A stretch of DNA of 64,000 nt from Planctomycetota bacterium (GCA_965223505.1 CBDCWP010000039.1:288001-352000); one strand, 5' to 3'; counted from the first letter of the stretch, positions 22,234-31,337 are shown. The notes: generated by a model not told the origin, from the letters alone. Translations and numbers: made by a program.

Positions 22234-22503
22234 CTAGGCGACGTCGCTATGAGCATTCGCCCTCTCGGGAGGAACGCTGCTGTCTCGAACTCTGACGGTC
22301 ACCTGTGTGCCCGGAGCCGTTCCGATCGGAACCGTCGCGTTTGCGGCGCTGCCTGACTGGTGTGGGGTTACGGAGGCGCCAGGAGGGTTGACCGGGGGCG
22401 GAGGAACCTCGAAGTCATATGGGGGATTCCCACCCGATACGGTGACCTCGAAACCCTGCAAAGGGTCGAAGGGATCCGGGTCAACTGTGACGACCAACGG
22501 CAT
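22234..22503 (-). CDS. Small Ig-like hypothetical protein (89 aa)
   Basis: GGAGG SD; VTVSGGNPPY...G...VTVRVRDS resembles SprB/He_PIG Ig-like repeats. Confidence 0.6.
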   Translation of the reverse strand: MPLVVTVDPDPFDPLQGFEVTVSGGNPPYDFEVPPPPVNPPGASVTPHQSGSAANATVPIGTAPGTQVTVRVRDSSVPPERANAHSDVA

Positions 22504-22555
22504 TCGCACCTCCTCTTCAAGGTGCTATATCACGCCGTTCTTGCCTCCCAAGTTT

Positions 22556-23056
22556 CTACTGTCGCTCAATGGTCGAGATGAGCGCTTCGGCTCGCTTTCG
22601 TGCGTCCCCTGATGAGCCGTCGCGGATCGCCTTGATGGAACGTAGGTGCATCGGGTCGGCGAGGTCCTCCAAGATCGTGAGTATCTCGTCCACGCGACTC
22701 CCGCTCTTCGACTCCATGTCCCAATGCACTAGATTGGCGACCAGGGCGGCGCGGCGAGCTCCATTGGTCTGACGAACCGCCTTGATCAACGTTGGCCGAC
22801 ACGAGACCCAATCACCCTCGCGAACCACTCGAGCGGCAAGTCCTGCTGCGTTGTCATTCGCGCCTGTGAGAGCGGCTTCCCACCTTTCGCGTGCTTGCGA
22901 GTCATCACCGCTTCGCATCATCAGCCGGGCGTAGATCATCTGCTGCCAGGCATCCCCTGCGTCTTCCTCCAGTCGGCTCGACGCGAAGACAATCGCATCC
23001 TTGCCAGGTTGGATCATCCCCGAGAGATAGCGCTTGTGTCCCCTACGCGTTAGGCC
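22556..23056 (-). pseudogene. Helical/HEAT-like hypothetical protein, probably 5'-truncated by the transposon (alternative start ATG 23017)
   Basis: Frame stays open from ATG 23017 up to the transposon end. Confidence 0.45.
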
Positions 23057-24149
23057 GCGTCCGCCAAGCGGAAACTAGTGTTGATAAGCGCCCTCTCCGG
23101 AACTGTAGATAGCCGTGCTTGCAGAGCGTTCTCTGCGTCGCGCTGCGGTCGATTGACGCGCGCTCGATGCACGTCGGCATTCTAGCGTTTCTTTCCTTGA
23201 ATGTCTTGAGCGCGGCATCGGTCTCGAACTTCAGATCGTGCTCAAATGCCGTTCTCTCTTGCCTCGTGATCGGCCGGCGGTCTTCAAGAGCCTCCGCCGG
23301 CGTCGGCCCAGTCGCACCCCATGGCCTCGCCGTCGTATTCGCAACGAGCAAGGCGTCGTCGAGGTTTTGAGGTAGCCAGATGCGGGGATGTCCTTCCATC
23401 TGCGCGATGTGCTGTACACGTCGCTTGAAGTTCCCGCCGCTGCGCTCGCACGCGCCGTTGTAGGCGGGCGTGTACGGCGGCGACGTGAGTGGCGTGATGC
23501 CGTGCTCCTCGAGCAACGCGGCCGTCTGTTCCGAGCGAAACGCGCCCGCGTTGTCCTTCTTCAGAATCAGCGGCGCTCCGAACAGCGTGATCAAAGCGAG
23601 CAGCGCCGCGCACACAGTCTTCGTCTTCTCGCCCCGGCAGGCTACGGCCGCCAGCTGCGCTCCGCTTCCGAGATCGCGAACCAGGAACAGTCGATCCTTG
23701 CCCTGCCAGAGGCCAGCCTTGGGCCTGGTGAAGTCCGCCGCCCACACCGCCCCGGAACGAACCCACTCTAGCCGCTTGCGATACCAGCGCCATCGACGCA
23801 GCGCCACCCGTAGCAGGCGCCTCTTCATCTCTGAAAGCACGCGATACGGTACGTCGCTGAACATGCCCCGAAGTACGGCCACACCCGAGAACGGCCCCAG
23901 CTTGAACATCGCATGCAGCACCTTCTGCCGCTTCGCTCGTGGTACGTCATCGGCCTTGCGGCCACGCTTCTCGTACACCGGCTTGCCCTGGCGAACGCGA
24001 AGCTCCCAACGCCTGATCGTTCGCTCGGCCACGCCAAGGACTCGCGCCAGGTAGGCGCGTGTTTCCTTGTCCCAGCCACTTCGCCGCATCACCTCCACGG
24101 CCTGAAGCCGGAACTTCACCTGCTCCTCGTACGACATCTTCTCGCTCAT
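23043..24149 (-). CDS. DDE-type integrase/transposase (rve) with N-terminal HTH
   Basis: LARVLGVAERTIRRW; WAADFT (D), KKDNAGAF (D), PAYNGACER (E); ATGA overlap with the upstream gene. Confidence 0.88.
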   Translation of the reverse strand: MSEKMSYEEQVKFRLQAVEVMRRSGWDKETRAYLARVLGVAERTIRRWELRVRQGKPVYEKRGRKADDVPRAKRQKVLHAMFKLGPFSGVAVLRGMFSDVPYRVLSEMKRRLLRVALRRWRWYRKRLEWVRSGAVWAADFTRPKAGLWQGKDRLFLVRDLGSGAQLAAVACRGEKTKTVCAALLALITLFGAPLILKKDNAGAFRSEQTAALLEEHGITPLTSPPYTPAYNGACERSGGNFKRRVQHIAQMEGHPRIWLPQNLDDALLVANTTARPWGATGPTPAEALEDRRPITRQERTAFEHDLKFETDAALKTFKERNARMPTCIERASIDRSATQRTLCKHGYLQFRRGRLSTLVSAWRTRPNA

Positions 24150-24541
24150 CGCTGCCTCCAACCTTCCTGGTGCGCCACATGCAGCGCGTGCCGAACCCGC
24201 GGCGCCTCGCCAAGCCCGCAATCGAAGATGTCCACCTGCGTGCGCACCACGCGCACTCGGTGCCGTAGCTTCGACACCTCGCGCTCAAGCTCATGATCGT
24301 CGTCAGGCAGCACGGCGCGCGGCCGGCCACAAGCGCCGCCTTCAAGCGCCTCAACGCCGGCCTGCAAGAACCTACGTCGAAGATCCTGGAAGCGCGTTCG
24401 GCCGATGCCCAAACGCTCGCACGCATCGCCAACGCTCCACTGCCGGCCAAGCGTGAGCAGAATCACCTTCACGCGCTCACGCGCCGTCTCGCTCGCCGAC
24501 GTGCGCGCCACCAGCGTCGGCATCTCGCTTCGCCGTCCCAT
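24146..24541 (-). CDS. HTH protein of the transposon
   Basis: RVKVILLTL.. SVGDACERLGIGRTRF..LRRR...GRP. Confidence 0.8.
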   Translation of the reverse strand: MGRRSEMPTLVARTSASETARERVKVILLTLGRQWSVGDACERLGIGRTRFQDLRRRFLQAGVEALEGGACGRPRAVLPDDDHELEREVSKLRHRVRVVRTQVDIFDCGLGEAPRVRHALHVAHQEGWRQR

Positions 24542-24983
24542 CGCCGTTTCCTTTCTCTTCAAGGCCCGTGCGCAGCGTCTTCAGCACCGTCTTGCCGCGG
24601 TGGCCGCGCTTGGCGCTGCGGCCCTTCTTCGAGGATGCCTGCTTGCGCCCGCCGCGCGCCAGCCCCAGGCTTCGATTGGCCGCACGAAGCAGGGACTGGT
24701 GCCGCCGAAGCTCCTTCTCCAGGTGCTGTTTCTCGGCCTTCAGCGCCAATATCTCGCGCTGCGGCGTCTTCTGGATGCCGCGCTTCTTCGGCTCCATCGC
24801 CCGCAGCATGCCCTTCAAAGCACGGCCTTCGAGCTGGTAGTAGCGCGAGAGCGACACGCCCATCTGCTCAGCCGCCTCGCTCGTGCCGATCTCGCCTGAG
24901 AGCGCTTCCAATATCACTGCCACGTGCTTGCGCGACGTCTTGCTCGCCGTGATCGTCGTCACGTTCTTCTTCTTCGTAGGCAT
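24477..24983 (-). CDS. HTH plus coiled-coil protein of the transposon
   Basis: VILEALSG...EAAEQMGVSLSRYYQLE.RAL; TAATG overlap with the upstream gene. Confidence 0.82.
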   Translation of the reverse strand: MPTKKKNVTTITASKTSRKHVAVILEALSGEIGTSEAAEQMGVSLSRYYQLEGRALKGMLRAMEPKKRGIQKTPQREILALKAEKQHLEKELRRHQSLLRAANRSLGLARGGRKQASSKKGRSAKRGHRGKTVLKTLRTGLEEKGNGDGTAKRDADAGGAHVGERDGA

Positions 24984-26344
24984 TACTCCTGCTCCTTCGT
25001 GGGCGCCTCGTCAAGGGCCTTGAGCTCCTCGAGCACGTCGTCGAGCACGCTCTCGCCCGGCCCCTCCTTGGCCGCATCCTTGCGCTTGCCCGATGCCCGC
25101 AAGTCGACCTCTTCGCGAACGCCGTCCTTGTCCGTCAACAGCACCTTGTCGCCCTCGGCGTGAAGCGACACCGGCTCGTCGCCGATTCGACCCGCCAGGT
25201 ACAAGGGCTTGCGCGGCTCACCGTGAAGCGCCAACTCCTTGGCGTTCGTTGCAACCGCCTCCTGCAGGGCGCTGCGCACGCTCTGCGAGGCTTCGAAGAA
25301 TCGGTCCGCTGGAACCAGGCCGCCAATGCCCTGGTGGGTGCGCTGGAAGTTGTAGAAGCCGATGAAGTGGGCAATGCGCGTCTTGGCGTCCTCCATGCCG
25401 CGGAAGATCGCTCCGTCGATCAGCTCGCGAAACAGCGTGCCCCAGAAACGCTCGATCTTGCCAAGCGTCTGCGGCCGCCTCGGCCTGGCCACGATCTGCT
25501 TGATGCCGCGCTTCTCGCAAAGCTTGCGAAACGAGCTCTTCCCGCGCCAGGTCTGATACTGCGCGCCGTTGTCGGTCAAAATCTCCTCGGGCGCGCCGAA
25601 GTTCGCGATCGCCTGCTCGAACGTCTCCCGAACCATCGCACCCGACGCCGATGCGTGAAGCCCGAAGCCCACGATGAAACGCGAGAAGTCGTCCAGGTAG
25701 CAAACCAGGTGCACGCGCCGACGCTCGCGCTTCAGGAGAAACGTGAATAGATCCGTTTGCCAAAGCTCGTTCGGTCGCTTGCGCTCGAATCGCTTCACCT
25801 TGGGCGGGTTGCGCGCCGGCGCAACCGCCTCCACCTCGTAGCCCGCTTCCTTCAGCACGCGCTGAACCGCGCCGCCTGAAACCGAGATACCCTCCGTTCG
25901 GATCAGCATGTCGTGGATCCGATCCTGGCCCCAGTCCGGATGCGCGTCCTTCATCATCAGGATCGCACGGCGCGCCGGCTCGGGCAGCCCGCTGCCCTTC
26001 ATGCCGCGCTTGTGCCCGAGCAAACCGGCGGGGCCCTCCTCCTCGAACTTGCGACGCCACGCGTACAGCGACGCCGTGCTCACGCCGATCAGCGGCGCGA
26101 ACTCCGTGGCCGCAAGCTCGCTGCGAAACCAACAGTCAAGCGCCAACAGGCGCTGCTCGCCCGTGAACTCCGCGCTACGCGATGCGTCGCTTCGCACCGT
26201 TCGAGCACGACGGCTGCGTGTGCCGCGGGGCACGTAGCCGCTCACGGCCCGCTTCCTCCGCTCGGCTCCGGCGACTTCGTCGCCTCCGCCTCCCTTCGGA
26301 AGCGGGCCGTCCAACCTCTCGGGCGCCTTCGTATCGTCGTTCAT
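24983..26344 (-). CDS. IS481-like DDE transposase
   Basis: GVSTASLYAWRRKFEEEG, HPDWG, RFER.RPNELWQTD (D), LTDNGAQY (D), PQTLGKIERF (E), YNFQRTHQGIGG.P. Confidence 0.92.
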   Translation of the reverse strand: MNDDTKAPERLDGPLPKGGGGDEVAGAERRKRAVSGYVPRGTRSRRARTVRSDASRSAEFTGEQRLLALDCWFRSELAATEFAPLIGVSTASLYAWRRKFEEEGPAGLLGHKRGMKGSGLPEPARRAILMMKDAHPDWGQDRIHDMLIRTEGISVSGGAVQRVLKEAGYEVEAVAPARNPPKVKRFERKRPNELWQTDLFTFLLKRERRRVHLVCYLDDFSRFIVGFGLHASASGAMVRETFEQAIANFGAPEEILTDNGAQYQTWRGKSSFRKLCEKRGIKQIVARPRRPQTLGKIERFWGTLFRELIDGAIFRGMEDAKTRIAHFIGFYNFQRTHQGIGGLVPADRFFEASQSVRSALQEAVATNAKELALHGEPRKPLYLAGRIGDEPVSLHAEGDKVLLTDKDGVREEVDLRASGKRKDAAKEGPGESVLDDVLEELKALDEAPTKEQE

Positions 26345-26419
26345 CTCTCTTCCTTTCCCTGGCACATAGGCCAGCCAAAGGAGAGAGCCTTATCAACACC
26401 GGTTTCCTGCCCTTCGCAG

Positions 26420-26713
26420 GTCACCTATTCGTCGAGGGAGACAGCTGCGAATGTTGCCGTCGGTAGCACGGACGTATCCCAAACGGCCTTTGTTCAAGAA
26501 GGCGACTGGGATGCGCTTGATCAGCTCCTGGCCGCCCACGACATCCCGCGGGACGACGTAGCTGACCTCAAGAAGGCGGTTGAAGCGGAGCCCGATTCGA
26601 ATGCCCTTGGTCCGCGGGTGGGTGGATGGCTCGCAAAGATGGCGAACAAGGCCTCCGAAACAGCTGTCGCGGCGGTCACGAAGGGCGTGCTCGGGTACTA
26701 CGGCATCGGCTAG
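26420..26713 (+). pseudogene. C-terminal remnant resembling AbiTii-domain (abortive infection) proteins
   Basis: NVAVGS..V.Q...GDWDAL...DLKKAVEAEP...GPRVGGWLAKM..KA...LGYYG; no start codon, begins at the transposon end. Confidence 0.55.
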
Positions 26714-26809
26714 GTCGGGAGTGGGTAGAACGCGCAAATCAGCGGCCCGCCTTTGGGTGTGGTAGGGTCGAAGCCCTAGCGCCGTGGCGACTTGGAGTGA
26801 GCCCCGGGC

Positions 26810-26962
26810 ATGGCCGAGGACAAAGACAAGAAGAAACGCCCCCCTGGACGCCCTGAGGAGCCTCTGAAGGCCCCGGCGGACGATTGGGAGGACAACCTCG
26901 ACCGCATCCTCAAGGCGGGAGCGCCTAGAGAGCGGAAGCCCAAGAAGGGCCAGGGGAAGTAG
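26810..26962 (+). CDS. Small basic protein (50 aa) inside the cassette; not in the ORF track
   Basis: MAEDKDKKKRPPGRPEEPLKAPADDWEDNLDRILKAGAPRERKPKKGQGK; resembles small ORFs seen next to IS1595 transposases. Confidence 0.6.
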   Translation: MAEDKDKKKRPPGRPEEPLKAPADDWEDNLDRILKAGAPRERKPKKGQGK

Positions 26963-26978
26963 CCCCGGAGGCTCATAC

Positions 26979-27206
26979 GTGCCCCAAAGGCGGGATGTTC
27001 CATACAGGCCCCCGGTGAATCCCGGCGGCAAGTTCTGCAAGGCTGGGGTCTGTATCGCAGTCGTGGGGCTCGTCGCGATGGTGCTGGTGCGGATCTATGG
27101 CCCCAGGGACATCCGGGACCTAGCCTGGACGTTTGCAGCAGCGGCGACGGTCTTTCTTCTCGGGGGCTTCATGTACGCCTTTGGAATTTTGATCCGGGGG
27201 CGATAG
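26979..27206 (+). CDS. Small two-TM membrane protein inside the cassette
   Basis: GGAGG SD; two hydrophobic segments. Confidence 0.55.
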   Translation: MPQRRDVPYRPPVNPGGKFCKAGVCIAVVGLVAMVLVRIYGPRDIRDLAWTFAAAATVFLLGGFMYAFGILIRGR

Positions 27207-27399
27207 CAGCAAGATTTGCGCGTTCTACCTACCCCCGGGCTAGGTAGCGCGGCCTCGGAACTTCGATTTGCCCTCACCGAATGTGAGGGCACGCGCCGCA
27301 GAGCCCCATTCGTTCAAATGCGTTTCGGCGCGAAGATCGCCATCAGATGGGCGACCGAGCCCTATTCCTTGCGGGATGTAGCCCGAACCGCAAGTGCGT

Positions 27400-27444
27400 C
27401 TGAAAATCAGGGGGTCGGCGATTCGAGTTCGCCTCTGGCCACCA
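27400..27444 (+). repeat. attR core (45 bp, duplicated 3' half of tRNA-Phe)
   Basis: CTGAAAATCAGGGGGTCGGCGATTCGAGTTCGCCTCTGGCCACCA, identical to 17608-17652. Confidence 0.95.
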
Positions 27445-27584
27445 CTCTTTTCTTCGTCCTCGAGCGAGATCCAAAGGGCGAGGAACCCCGAGCTCTTCAT
27501 TCCCGGCCCGTGCCTCGTTCGGTCTTCCGTCTCCCGGGCTCCCCGCGTTCGTCTCGTCCCGTGCGCTCCCGCGGCGCGCGACCT

Positions 27585-29879
27585 CTACTTCCCCAGCGGG
27601 ACCCAGCCTTCGACCAGCGGACTCCGCCGCCAGGTCCCGGCGTCGATCCACTCACGGGTGCGTCGCCTACCGGCGCCGCCGAACCCGTCATCGAACGGGA
27701 GCGTCGGGTAGACGCCCTGCAACATCAGCATCCACTCATGGCCCAAGCAGCAGTTACTGTCCAAGCGATCCAGCCAGCGATCGATGAACGTTCGCTCGAA
27801 CTCCGCGAGCACGTCGTCCTCGAGGTCCATCAGCAACCACGTTCGATCCTCGTCGAGAAAGGCCGTGAGCTCCGATCGCGCATCGGCGTCACCGGCGAGT
27901 GCCAGACCGATCGTTGCCTCCCAGTACAGCGCATTGTGTCGAGCAGCCCGTAGCTCGCGCAGTCGTGTTCGTACGCGGACGTCGTCAACCAGCCCGAGGA
28001 GATACACGAACTCGGAGTCGTTTCGAGAGGCCTGTATGAGTGCGTCGATCGGTCTCCCATCGAGCAAGAGCTCCCTCGCGCGCGCGAGCCGCTCCGGGGG
28101 CTCGATTTCGTGGACGTATCCGCCCCAAAACACGGGCCGCGTCGCCGCGGGCAAGCCCGACTGGATCGCCAACGCCGCCAGTGCTTGCGCCGCCTGGGCG
28201 TCGTGCTCACTCGAGGCCCGGGCCTCAAGGAAGGCGCGCACGCGCTCGTCCTTGACGAACCCCAGCATCCAACCGTCGTCGGCCCATTCGCACCAGCGCG
28301 GCCAGTCCGCAATCATCGCGTCGACGTGCTGCGTGTCGCCGAGACGCGCCAGAAGCCGGAGGACGCCACTACGGGCTCCCGGTTGTGTGGTCAACCACGT
28401 GCGCAGCAGGTCCCGGAAGGCTCTCGGGCGCCGTAGCTCGAGCGTGGCGAAGAAGGGGATCAGGCCCTCGAGATCGACGTCCTTGTCCCAATCCAAGGCG
28501 CCGATCGATCGCAGTCGCTCGATCAAGCGTTCGACACGGGCGTCGGAGATGCGTCCCTGTCGGACGTGCGCGTGCCACCAGAAGAGCGTCAGCGTGCGCG
28601 CACCGCGTGTCCAGAGCTCGTCCTCGATCCAATCGAGATCGTCTTCGAGGATCCGGATGTCCCACTGGCGTTCCAGGATCAGCCGTGCCTGGGGAGAGAG
28701 TTCCTGATCCGAACGCGCGGGGACCGCCCCCAGGATCCGCGTTACGGATTCGTTGCGCGCCAACGCTCGATCGACGATCCACGTGAGCGGCTCGACGTCT
28801 ACGCCGGCATCGTGCATGGCGCGAAACCGCGTTGGGTTGCCGAGCATGGCGAGCGCCGTCGCCGCGTAGGTCGCGATCTCGTTCTTGCCCGCGGCCCACG
28901 ACGCGACCTGCTCGCGGCCGTTCGGTCCCGGAAGCCGCGCCATCTGCCGTAGCGCCCAGAGAACCAGGGCCGGCGCGACGACGAAGCCGTACTCGCCAGT
29001 GTTGGCCTCGACGAGCGCGTTCAGATAGGACAGGTCCTTCTCAGCCGCCACGAGCGTCAACGCCCAGCGAATCAGCCACCGATGGGGGAGTTGGAAGTAG
29101 AGCGGCGGCAGTTCATGAGCCGGTGGATAGCCCCGGATCTCGTCCTCCAGAAACGACGGCGCGATCCTCACGAATGCGTCGGGCAGTCCGCCGCCTTCGG
29201 GCGTTCGCAGTTCCACGCGCAGCGCCTCGAGCTTGGGGCGCGGTTTGCCCTCGCGTTCGGCGCGCAGCCGCTCCAAGGCGTAGAGCATGCCCTTGACGGC
29301 CACGTCGCGATGGCGATCCTCTCGGTCGTAGAGCGCGCACTGGCCGAAGTTCCATGCCAGTCGGGAGAAGATGAGCGGGTTGCCCTCCTCCAGCAACGGC
29401 AGCAGGGCATTCATGTGTCGCGTGCGAAGGAGCTTGTGGACCCGATTCACGTTTCCGGGCTGGGGTTCCTCGAAGTCGGACGTGGAGACCAGTCCTCTCC
29501 AGAAGGGGAGCATGTCGATGCTCCCAGCCGGCTCATTCGGTCCGTTTCCCCACCAGGCGCGGAAGTTGTCGTTCACGAGCGACAACGGGCGCTTCGCGAG
29601 CAGCGTGCACATCCGGCGGATCTCGCCCAGGTCCAGACAGCGGGGGTCCACGGCTCGGGCTGCGATCGTCGCGAGCTCCGTGTCGTCCGATCCGAGAGCG
29701 GCTCGTAGATGGAGGACGCGGCTCTCCTGGGAGAGTGCGTTCCACCACTCCTTCGCTTCCGAGTGTGCCGCGTGCTTCGGGGCCGCGAGGGCTCTCAGCC
29801 GGCTCTCGACGGACTCTTCCGCCCGAGCGTGGCCGGCGCTGAGAAGGGTGATCAGGACGATGACGACGCCGTGCCGCAC
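27585..29879 (-). CDS. Secreted helical-repeat (HEAT-like) hypothetical protein
   Basis: Signal peptide ending ARA; repeated LRAAL/LARLG/ALAAL helices. Confidence 0.75.
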   Translation of the reverse strand: MRHGVVIVLITLLSAGHARAEESVESRLRALAAPKHAAHSEAKEWWNALSQESRVLHLRAALGSDDTELATIAARAVDPRCLDLGEIRRMCTLLAKRPLSLVNDNFRAWWGNGPNEPAGSIDMLPFWRGLVSTSDFEEPQPGNVNRVHKLLRTRHMNALLPLLEEGNPLIFSRLAWNFGQCALYDREDRHRDVAVKGMLYALERLRAEREGKPRPKLEALRVELRTPEGGGLPDAFVRIAPSFLEDEIRGYPPAHELPPLYFQLPHRWLIRWALTLVAAEKDLSYLNALVEANTGEYGFVVAPALVLWALRQMARLPGPNGREQVASWAAGKNEIATYAATALAMLGNPTRFRAMHDAGVDVEPLTWIVDRALARNESVTRILGAVPARSDQELSPQARLILERQWDIRILEDDLDWIEDELWTRGARTLTLFWWHAHVRQGRISDARVERLIERLRSIGALDWDKDVDLEGLIPFFATLELRRPRAFRDLLRTWLTTQPGARSGVLRLLARLGDTQHVDAMIADWPRWCEWADDGWMLGFVKDERVRAFLEARASSEHDAQAAQALAALAIQSGLPAATRPVFWGGYVHEIEPPERLARARELLLDGRPIDALIQASRNDSEFVYLLGLVDDVRVRTRLRELRAARHNALYWEATIGLALAGDADARSELTAFLDEDRTWLLMDLEDDVLAEFERTFIDRWLDRLDSNCCLGHEWMLMLQGVYPTLPFDDGFGGAGRRRTREWIDAGTWRRSPLVEGWVPLGK

Positions 29880-29954
29880 GATGCCTCCGGGCGCTGTTCC
29901 CTTCTAGCTAACGTCCATCCCCGGTCTCTTTCGCGTCTTTCGACTCCCCGCGCT

Positions 29955-30374
29955 TCACCGCGCCTGCTTCTTCAGCACGAGGCCCAGCACGTCGAGGCGA
30001 AGCGCCCCGTCTTCGACGCGCCACCTCTGCGCGCGCGGTTCCGCAACGGGCTTGTCGTCTTCGTGCCTGACGGTCGTCACGACGACATTGTCCGCTCGCC
30101 TCCACGTTCCGCGCAGGCGCTGCGTCGTGTTCCCGCCGTCGGCGCTCCAGTCCAGCGTGAAGCGGCCTTCGTCCTCGACGTCGCCCTCGAAGAGATCCAG
30201 CCGCGCATGAAATGTCGCATCGCTTGAAACCCGCTCCATCGATTCGGGGTCGAGCACATAGGACCCATGGACCGGGATCGAAGGTCCTGCCTCGTCAACA
30301 TCGCGTCCGCAAGCGGCCAAAAGGGTTGTGAAGATGAGCACAGTGACAGACGCCACGGAGAGCCGGTATCGCAT
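29955..30374 (-). CDS. Hypothetical lipoprotein (lipocalin/NlpE-like beta barrel)
   Basis: LAAC lipobox; GSY.L...GTW...V. Confidence 0.65.
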   Translation of the reverse strand: MRYRLSVASVTVLIFTTLLAACGRDVDEAGPSIPVHGSYVLDPESMERVSSDATFHARLDLFEGDVEDEGRFTLDWSADGGNTTQRLRGTWRRADNVVVTTVRHEDDKPVAEPRAQRWRVEDGALRLDVLGLVLKKQAR

Positions 30375-30437
30375 CCGGGGCATTGTAGGGTCCCGTGGTG
30401 TGTTCTTCGGACCTGCCATCGAGAGACGGGAGAACGG

Positions 30438-31004
30438 ATGAGCCACGCGCTCGTGGTCGGCGGAACCGGGATGCTGCGCGACGCGACGCTGCAGCTCGCC
30501 GAACGCTTCGCGACGGTCACCGTCATCGCGCGCCGCCGCAACGGGCTTCGCAAGCTGGCGGCGGACGCGGCGCACCTGCCCGCGAGCGTCCACGCGCTCG
30601 CGCTGGACTACCGCGACAGCGGCGCCTTGCGCGACGCCCTGATGGATGCCCAAGCGCGCTTCGGCCCGCTCGCGCTGGCCGTGTGTTGGATCCATTCGAC
30701 CGCGCCGGATGGACCGCAGGTCGTTGCTTCCTGCGCAGGGCTTGCGCAGGCGGACGGCGGTCGGTGCGACTTCCTGCACGTGGTCGGCAGCGCGTCGGCC
30801 GATCCCTCGCGGGACGCCGACGACCAGCGGATCGAGATGGCCGGCGTACGGTACCGGCAGGTCATCCTCGGCTTCGTTCTCGAGGGCGGCGGCTCGCGTT
30901 GGCTCACGAACGGCGAAATCAGCAAGGGTGTGATCGCCGCCGTCGACTCGGGTGACGCGCGTTCGATCGTCGGCGTGGTTCGGCCCTGGGAACGAAAGCC
31001 GTAG
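30438..31004 (+). CDS. Short-chain dehydrogenase-like Rossmann protein
   Basis: HALVVGGTGML, CWIH, HVVGS, VILGF...SRWLTN.EIS.GV. Confidence 0.85.
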   Translation: MSHALVVGGTGMLRDATLQLAERFATVTVIARRRNGLRKLAADAAHLPASVHALALDYRDSGALRDALMDAQARFGPLALAVCWIHSTAPDGPQVVASCAGLAQADGGRCDFLHVVGSASADPSRDADDQRIEMAGVRYRQVILGFVLEGGGSRWLTNGEISKGVIAAVDSGDARSIVGVVRPWERKP

Positions 31005-31286
31005 CTACAGGACGTCGAGCTCGTGCTCGATGACGCGCGCGGCCGGATGGGTGCGAAGCGACTCGAGGACCTTCTCGACCATCTCCTTCGCGTGGCGCGC
31101 GGAGCCGCTGACCGACGCGAAGCCCAGAACCGCTTTGCGATGCAGCTCCTGGTCCTCGACCTCCGCCGCGGCGACGCCGAACCGGTTGCGGGTGCGGTCG
31201 AGGATGCTCTTCACGACCTGGCGCTTCTCCTTCAGCGAGTTCGCGTCCGGAACGTGGATCGAGACGTGGAGGAGGCCGACGTGCAT
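31005..31286 (-). CDS. DUF503/YlxP family protein
   Basis: SLKEKRQVVKS...RF.V..AEV..Q. Confidence 0.9.
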   Translation of the reverse strand: MHVGLLHVSIHVPDANSLKEKRQVVKSILDRTRNRFGVAAAEVEDQELHRKAVLGFASVSGSARHAKEMVEKVLESLRTHPAARVIEHELDVL

Positions 31287-31337
31287 GAGGTACGGGACTA
31301 TACGTGCCGGAAGGTGTGGTGGGGGCGGGCGGGGTTG

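Larger units (their letters stand above)
23057..26418 (-). mobile_element. Four-gene transposon with two rve/DDE transposases and two HTH proteins (exact ends uncertain)
   Basis: Inverted repeat core GGAAAC-N2-GTGTTGATAAG at 23070-23088 and 26389-26407 (17/19); overlapping co-oriented ORFs. Confidence 0.8.
26716..27237. mobile_element. 522-bp non-autonomous insertion cassette (IS1595-like MITE/MIC) with passenger ORFs
   Basis: 25-bp TIRs CGGG(A/G)GT(G/A)GGTAGAACGCGCAAATC (23/25); perfect 8-bp TSD GGCTAGGT at 26708-26715 and 27238-27245. Confidence 0.9.
17653..27444. mobile_element. tRNA-Phe-integrated genomic island (~9.8 kb)
   Basis: Exact 45-bp direct repeats, adjacent integrase, visibly more A/T at third codon positions than the flanks. 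Confidence 0.93.

Noticed and set aside
23034..26366. TGT...ACA (IS481-type) ends at ~23035 and 26366
   Set aside because: The match extends only ~4-6 bp with no TSD. The 19-bp inverted repeat at 23070/26407 is a better boundary marker.
17653..27444. Island as an intact prophage or ICE
   Set aside because: No terminase, portal, HK97 capsid, tail, packaging ATPase, relaxase or T4SS genes recognisable.
27400..27444. Second tRNA-Phe gene
   Set aside because: Only the 3' 45 nt are present; no D arm or 5' acceptor strand. It is attR.
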